NCBI GenBank assembly: GCA_964194995.1
Contig: CAXMPS010000054.1
Coordinates: 1-40,203, forward strand
DNA from: an uncultured Gammaproteobacteria bacterium
GTDB lineage: Bacteria > Actinomycetota > Acidimicrobiia > Spongiisociales > ZC4RG35
Direction: 5' to 3'
DNA length: 40,203 nt
Shown here: positions 37,451-40,203 of the stretch, one piece after another
How the letters are laid out: each line of letters opens with the position of its first letter
Position numbering within the stretch: the stretch's first letter is position 1
Translations under genes and position numbers: made by a program
The notes under the pieces: model-generated
Database searches by the model: none
What the model was told of the DNA's origin: nothing
The model's input: only the letters and a program-made list of their open reading frames with translations

Positions 37451-39457
37451 TTGGACAACAACAATCCGGACCTGAACCGTATCTTCCGCGACGAGTTGGA
37501 AGAGCGGTCAACTCGTCTCGTCGCGGGCGCCCGTAGCCTGCGCGACCGGACTCTCGCTGCCACATCGGTCCCCGACCTGATCCGGGATGCTCACACGATC
37601 AAGGGGTCGGCCGGGCTTCTTCGCCACGACGTGATCCGCGATGTGTCGGCCCGTCTGGAGCAACTTTGGAAGATGGTGTTCGAGGGATATGCCCCGCCAC
37701 CCGAGGTGGTGGTCGCGATGGAGGCGACGGCAGGTCGGATTCTCCAATCGTTTGATGAGGACGATTACGACCATCTCGCCGAGGTGGGCGAGACCCTGAT
37801 CGGCGCCCTGGAGGAGTCGGGTGAACCCACCGAGCTTGTTCCGCTTCGTCAGCCTGAGCCGGGGAGCCTCGGTGGCCTTCTCTCGTCTGTCTCCGAGTCT
37901 TTGCTGGGCGGCGCGACCCGGGTCGATACGGGCGAGCTCTACCGGCTGATCAATCGAATCGTTGAGGTTTCTCTCGACGCCGAAGCCCTTACTGATCTTG
38001 CGCTCGTATCAATCGAAGGGTCGGATCAGAAACTCGTCCGCCGCACCTGGCGGAGTCAGTTGGAGAAGCTGAGCGACTCCATTGGGGATATTCAGGAGCA
38101 GGCGGTCGCCCTGGCCAACGTTTCCTTCAGGGATGCGACGGCGACGTTCCCCCAGTTCCTTCGCTACCTCGGCCGAAGAATGGGAAAGGACGTTCGTTTT
38201 GAGCTGGTGGGCGAGGACGTGCAGCTCGATCGGCAGATCGTTGACTTGCTCCGGGAGCCGTTGCGCCATCTTCTCGTCAACGCCGTTGATCACGGAATCG
38301 AGCCACCAGAGGAGCGAGTCAAGGCAGGTAAGCCGGCAACCGGCACAGTCCAGGTTGGCTCGCGGCTGATAGAGGACGGGGTCGAAGTGATGGTCAGCGA
38401 CGATGGCGCGGGTGTCGACTGGGACACGGTGGCCGACCTGGCGTCGCGTCAAGGGCTTCCCTACGTCCGATCGGATCTCGTTCCGATTCTGTTCCACGAG
38501 CGGTTCTCCACCATCAAAGAGGTCTCCGATTTCTCAGGCGAGGGCGACGGCCTTGCCGCCGCGCGCGAAGCAGTCGAGCAAGTCAACGGAGTCATCCATA
38601 TCGAGTCGAGAAGGGGGCAAGGTACGAGAGTGCTTATGACCCTTCCCCTTTCAATGGTGCTTCAGAATGTGGTCGTGGTGGCTACGGGCGACCAGTTCTG
38701 GGGTCTCCCCGAAGCCTTTGTGGAGGATTCCATGCCCCTGGCGAAGGCGGAGATAAGGGTTACCGACAGTGGCCGGGTGGTTCGGATCAAATCGGATGCG
38801 GTCCCATGCATATCCTTGTCCGAGGCCGTTGGTTCCGACGGCGAGGCCGAAGAGTCGGAACTGTTGCTGGTGGGGACCCATTCGGGCCTGGTCGCTGTGA
38901 CCGTGAGTGAGCTGATCGATCGTCGCCGGGTGGCGGTGAAGAGTCTTGGACCCATCCTCGAAGGTTCAGGTCATGTGACCGGCGCCGCACTGTTGGGCGG
39001 TGGCCAGGTTCTGGTGGTGCTTGATCCCAACTTCCTTGGAGTCATGGCTCGGCGACGCCCGAAACTCGCCACTCAACGACCGCGTGTTCTGGTTGTAGAC
39101 GACTCGGCTGGTGTGCGTCAGCTCCTTTCCGCCACCCTGAATGGCGCCGGGTTCGAGGTCGAGGTCGCCGGTGGCGCCAGAGAAGCGGTCGTGGCGATGG
39201 CCAATGACGGGTTCGACGCACTGGTCGTCGACTATTCGATGCCCCGATCCAACGGCGTCGAGTTGGTCCGAGCCCTGCGCGCGTCGGAGGTTCGAGTTCC
39301 CATCGTCATGGTTTCAGGTGTGGCTACCCCCGAAGAGAAGCAGGCGGCCTGGCAGGTAGGGGTAGATGCCTACCTTGACAAGTTTGATCTACGGCAAGGA
39401 GTCCTGACCAGCACCCTGAAAAGCCTGATCGGGATGGACGAAGAGGACACGGGCTAG
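37451..39457 (+). CDS. cheA: Hybrid CheA-like histidine kinase (Hpt, HATPase, CheW-like, REC); start TTG 37451 or 37427
   Basis: AHTIKGSA (Hpt), HLLVNAVDHG, DDGAG, FST, CheW-like domain (GAALLGGG), receiver VVDDS...VDYSMP...YLDK. Confidence 0.88.
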   Translation: MDNNNPDLNRIFRDELEERSTRLVAGARSLRDRTLAATSVPDLIRDAHTIKGSAGLLRHDVIRDVSARLEQLWKMVFEGYAPPPEVVVAMEATAGRILQSFDEDDYDHLAEVGETLIGALEESGEPTELVPLRQPEPGSLGGLLSSVSESLLGGATRVDTGELYRLINRIVEVSLDAEALTDLALVSIEGSDQKLVRRTWRSQLEKLSDSIGDIQEQAVALANVSFRDATATFPQFLRYLGRRMGKDVRFELVGEDVQLDRQIVDLLREPLRHLLVNAVDHGIEPPEERVKAGKPATGTVQVGSRLIEDGVEVMVSDDGAGVDWDTVADLASRQGLPYVRSDLVPILFHERFSTIKEVSDFSGEGDGLAAAREAVEQVNGVIHIESRRGQGTRVLMTLPLSMVLQNVVVVATGDQFWGLPEAFVEDSMPLAKAEIRVTDSGRVVRIKSDAVPCISLSEAVGSDGEAEESELLLVGTHSGLVAVTVSELIDRRRVAVKSLGPILEGSGHVTGAALLGGGQVLVVLDPNFLGVMARRRPKLATQRPRVLVVDDSAGVRQLLSATLNGAGFEVEVAGGAREAVVAMANDGFDALVVDYSMPRSNGVELVRALRASEVRVPIVMVSGVATPEEKQAAWQVGVDAYLDKFDLRQGVLTSTLKSLIGMDEEDTG

Positions 39458-39512
39458 CTTCACACCTCGCAGAAAATGCGAAAGGCCGCGAGTACCTGCT
39501 ATCGCAGCGGCC

Positions 39513-39540
39513 TTCAGGTAAGTGCTGATCGACCCGATAT
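39513..39540 (+). promoter_or_regulatory. Sigma-28-like promoter before the histidine kinase
   Basis: TTCAG-N15-CCCGATAT, same spacing as the cheA promoter. Confidence 0.5.
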
Positions 39541-39550
39541 TTACAACTAC

Positions 39551-40203
39551 ATGCTTGGTTTACCGCGCATTCCGGAGCTTCTGACCTACATACTTCCCCT
39601 GGTGGGGATAGCGGGTGTCCTCTGGGCGTTCTCGATCACCTCGCATGGGCGCGAACGGGAGCGGGAGGTGCGACGCCTTTCCGAGGAGGCCCACAGCATC
39701 AAGAACGACTTCGTGGCGATGGTCAGCCATGAGCTCCGAACCCCGTTGACTTCAATCGCAGGGTTCGCCGACACCCTGGTTCAGTCGTGGAAAGAGCTCC
39801 CTCGCGAGGAAGTCGACGAATTCCTCTCCATCATCGACCGCCAGGCGATCTATCTAGGCGACCTGGTCGAAGACGTATTGGTGATCCCTCGTCTCGAGGC
39901 CGATCGGATGCGTTTCCACAACGAGCTGTTCGACTTGGGCGACCTCATCGAAGATGTTGCCAAGATGGTATTCCCCAACGGGGGAAAAAAGAGCTCGCTG
40001 GTGTCACTACCAGACGGAGTTCGGGTCAATGCCGATCGACGCCGTGTTCAGCAGGTGATTCGAAACCTGATGGAAAACGCCCGCAAGTACGGGGGCGACC
40101 AGATCATGGTGGAGGGTTTCGTGATGGGAGACCAGTACCTCATCATCATCTCGGACAACGGACCAGGCGTTCCTGACGAAGAGACTCAGAGAGTCTTTGA
40201 GAA
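39551..40203 (+). CDS. Membrane-anchored HisKA histidine kinase, 3'-truncated by window (not in ORF track)
   Basis: Hand translation from ATG 39551: MLGLPRIPELLTYILPLVGIAGVLWAF..., H-box VSHELRTPL, N-box NLMENARKY, G1 DNGPG. Confidence 0.92.
   Translation, partial: MLGLPRIPELLTYILPLVGIAGVLWAFSITSHGREREREVRRLSEEAHSIKNDFVAMVSHELRTPLTSIAGFADTLVQSWKELPREEVDEFLSIIDRQAIYLGDLVEDVLVIPRLEADRMRFHNELFDLGDLIEDVAKMVFPNGGKKSSLVSLPDGVRVNADRRRVQQVIRNLMENARKYGGDQIMVEGFVMGDQYLIIISDNGPGVPDEETQRVFE

Overview
High-GC bacterial chromosomal segment, most likely Actinomycetota (inferred from GuaB3-guaA, an AbiEi/DUF559 gene, leaderless TANNNT promoters and nuo style; Acidimicrobiia is a guess). It carries two distinct complex I operons about 10 kb apart: the 3' part of a full NADH-type operon (nuoF'-G-H-I-J-K-L-M-N) and a complete 11-subunit operon without the NADH-input module (nuoA-B-C-D-H-I-J-K-L-M-N). 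Other genes: a beta-helix repeat membrane protein, thioredoxin-like protein, moaA, Fe(III)-type ABC transporter, phosphodiesterase, GNAT, Nudix, LCP, trpS, CAAX protease, guaB3-guaA, a lone CheA-REC hybrid and a truncated histidine kinase. The most unusual signals are non-coding. (1) Three diverged copies of a ~163-bp MITE-like element, each fused to the TAG stop of an upstream gene in the same relative orientation, fold into one long rod only on the strand antisense to that gene; one copy appears to have split a gene from its start codon. (2) An AbiEi/DUF559 nuclease gene is bracketed by a pair of inverted 45-bp hairpins, as in REP/RAYT-type units. (3) Matching sigma-28-like promoters precede cheA and the kinase. 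All alignments and pairings were done by hand; no searches were run.
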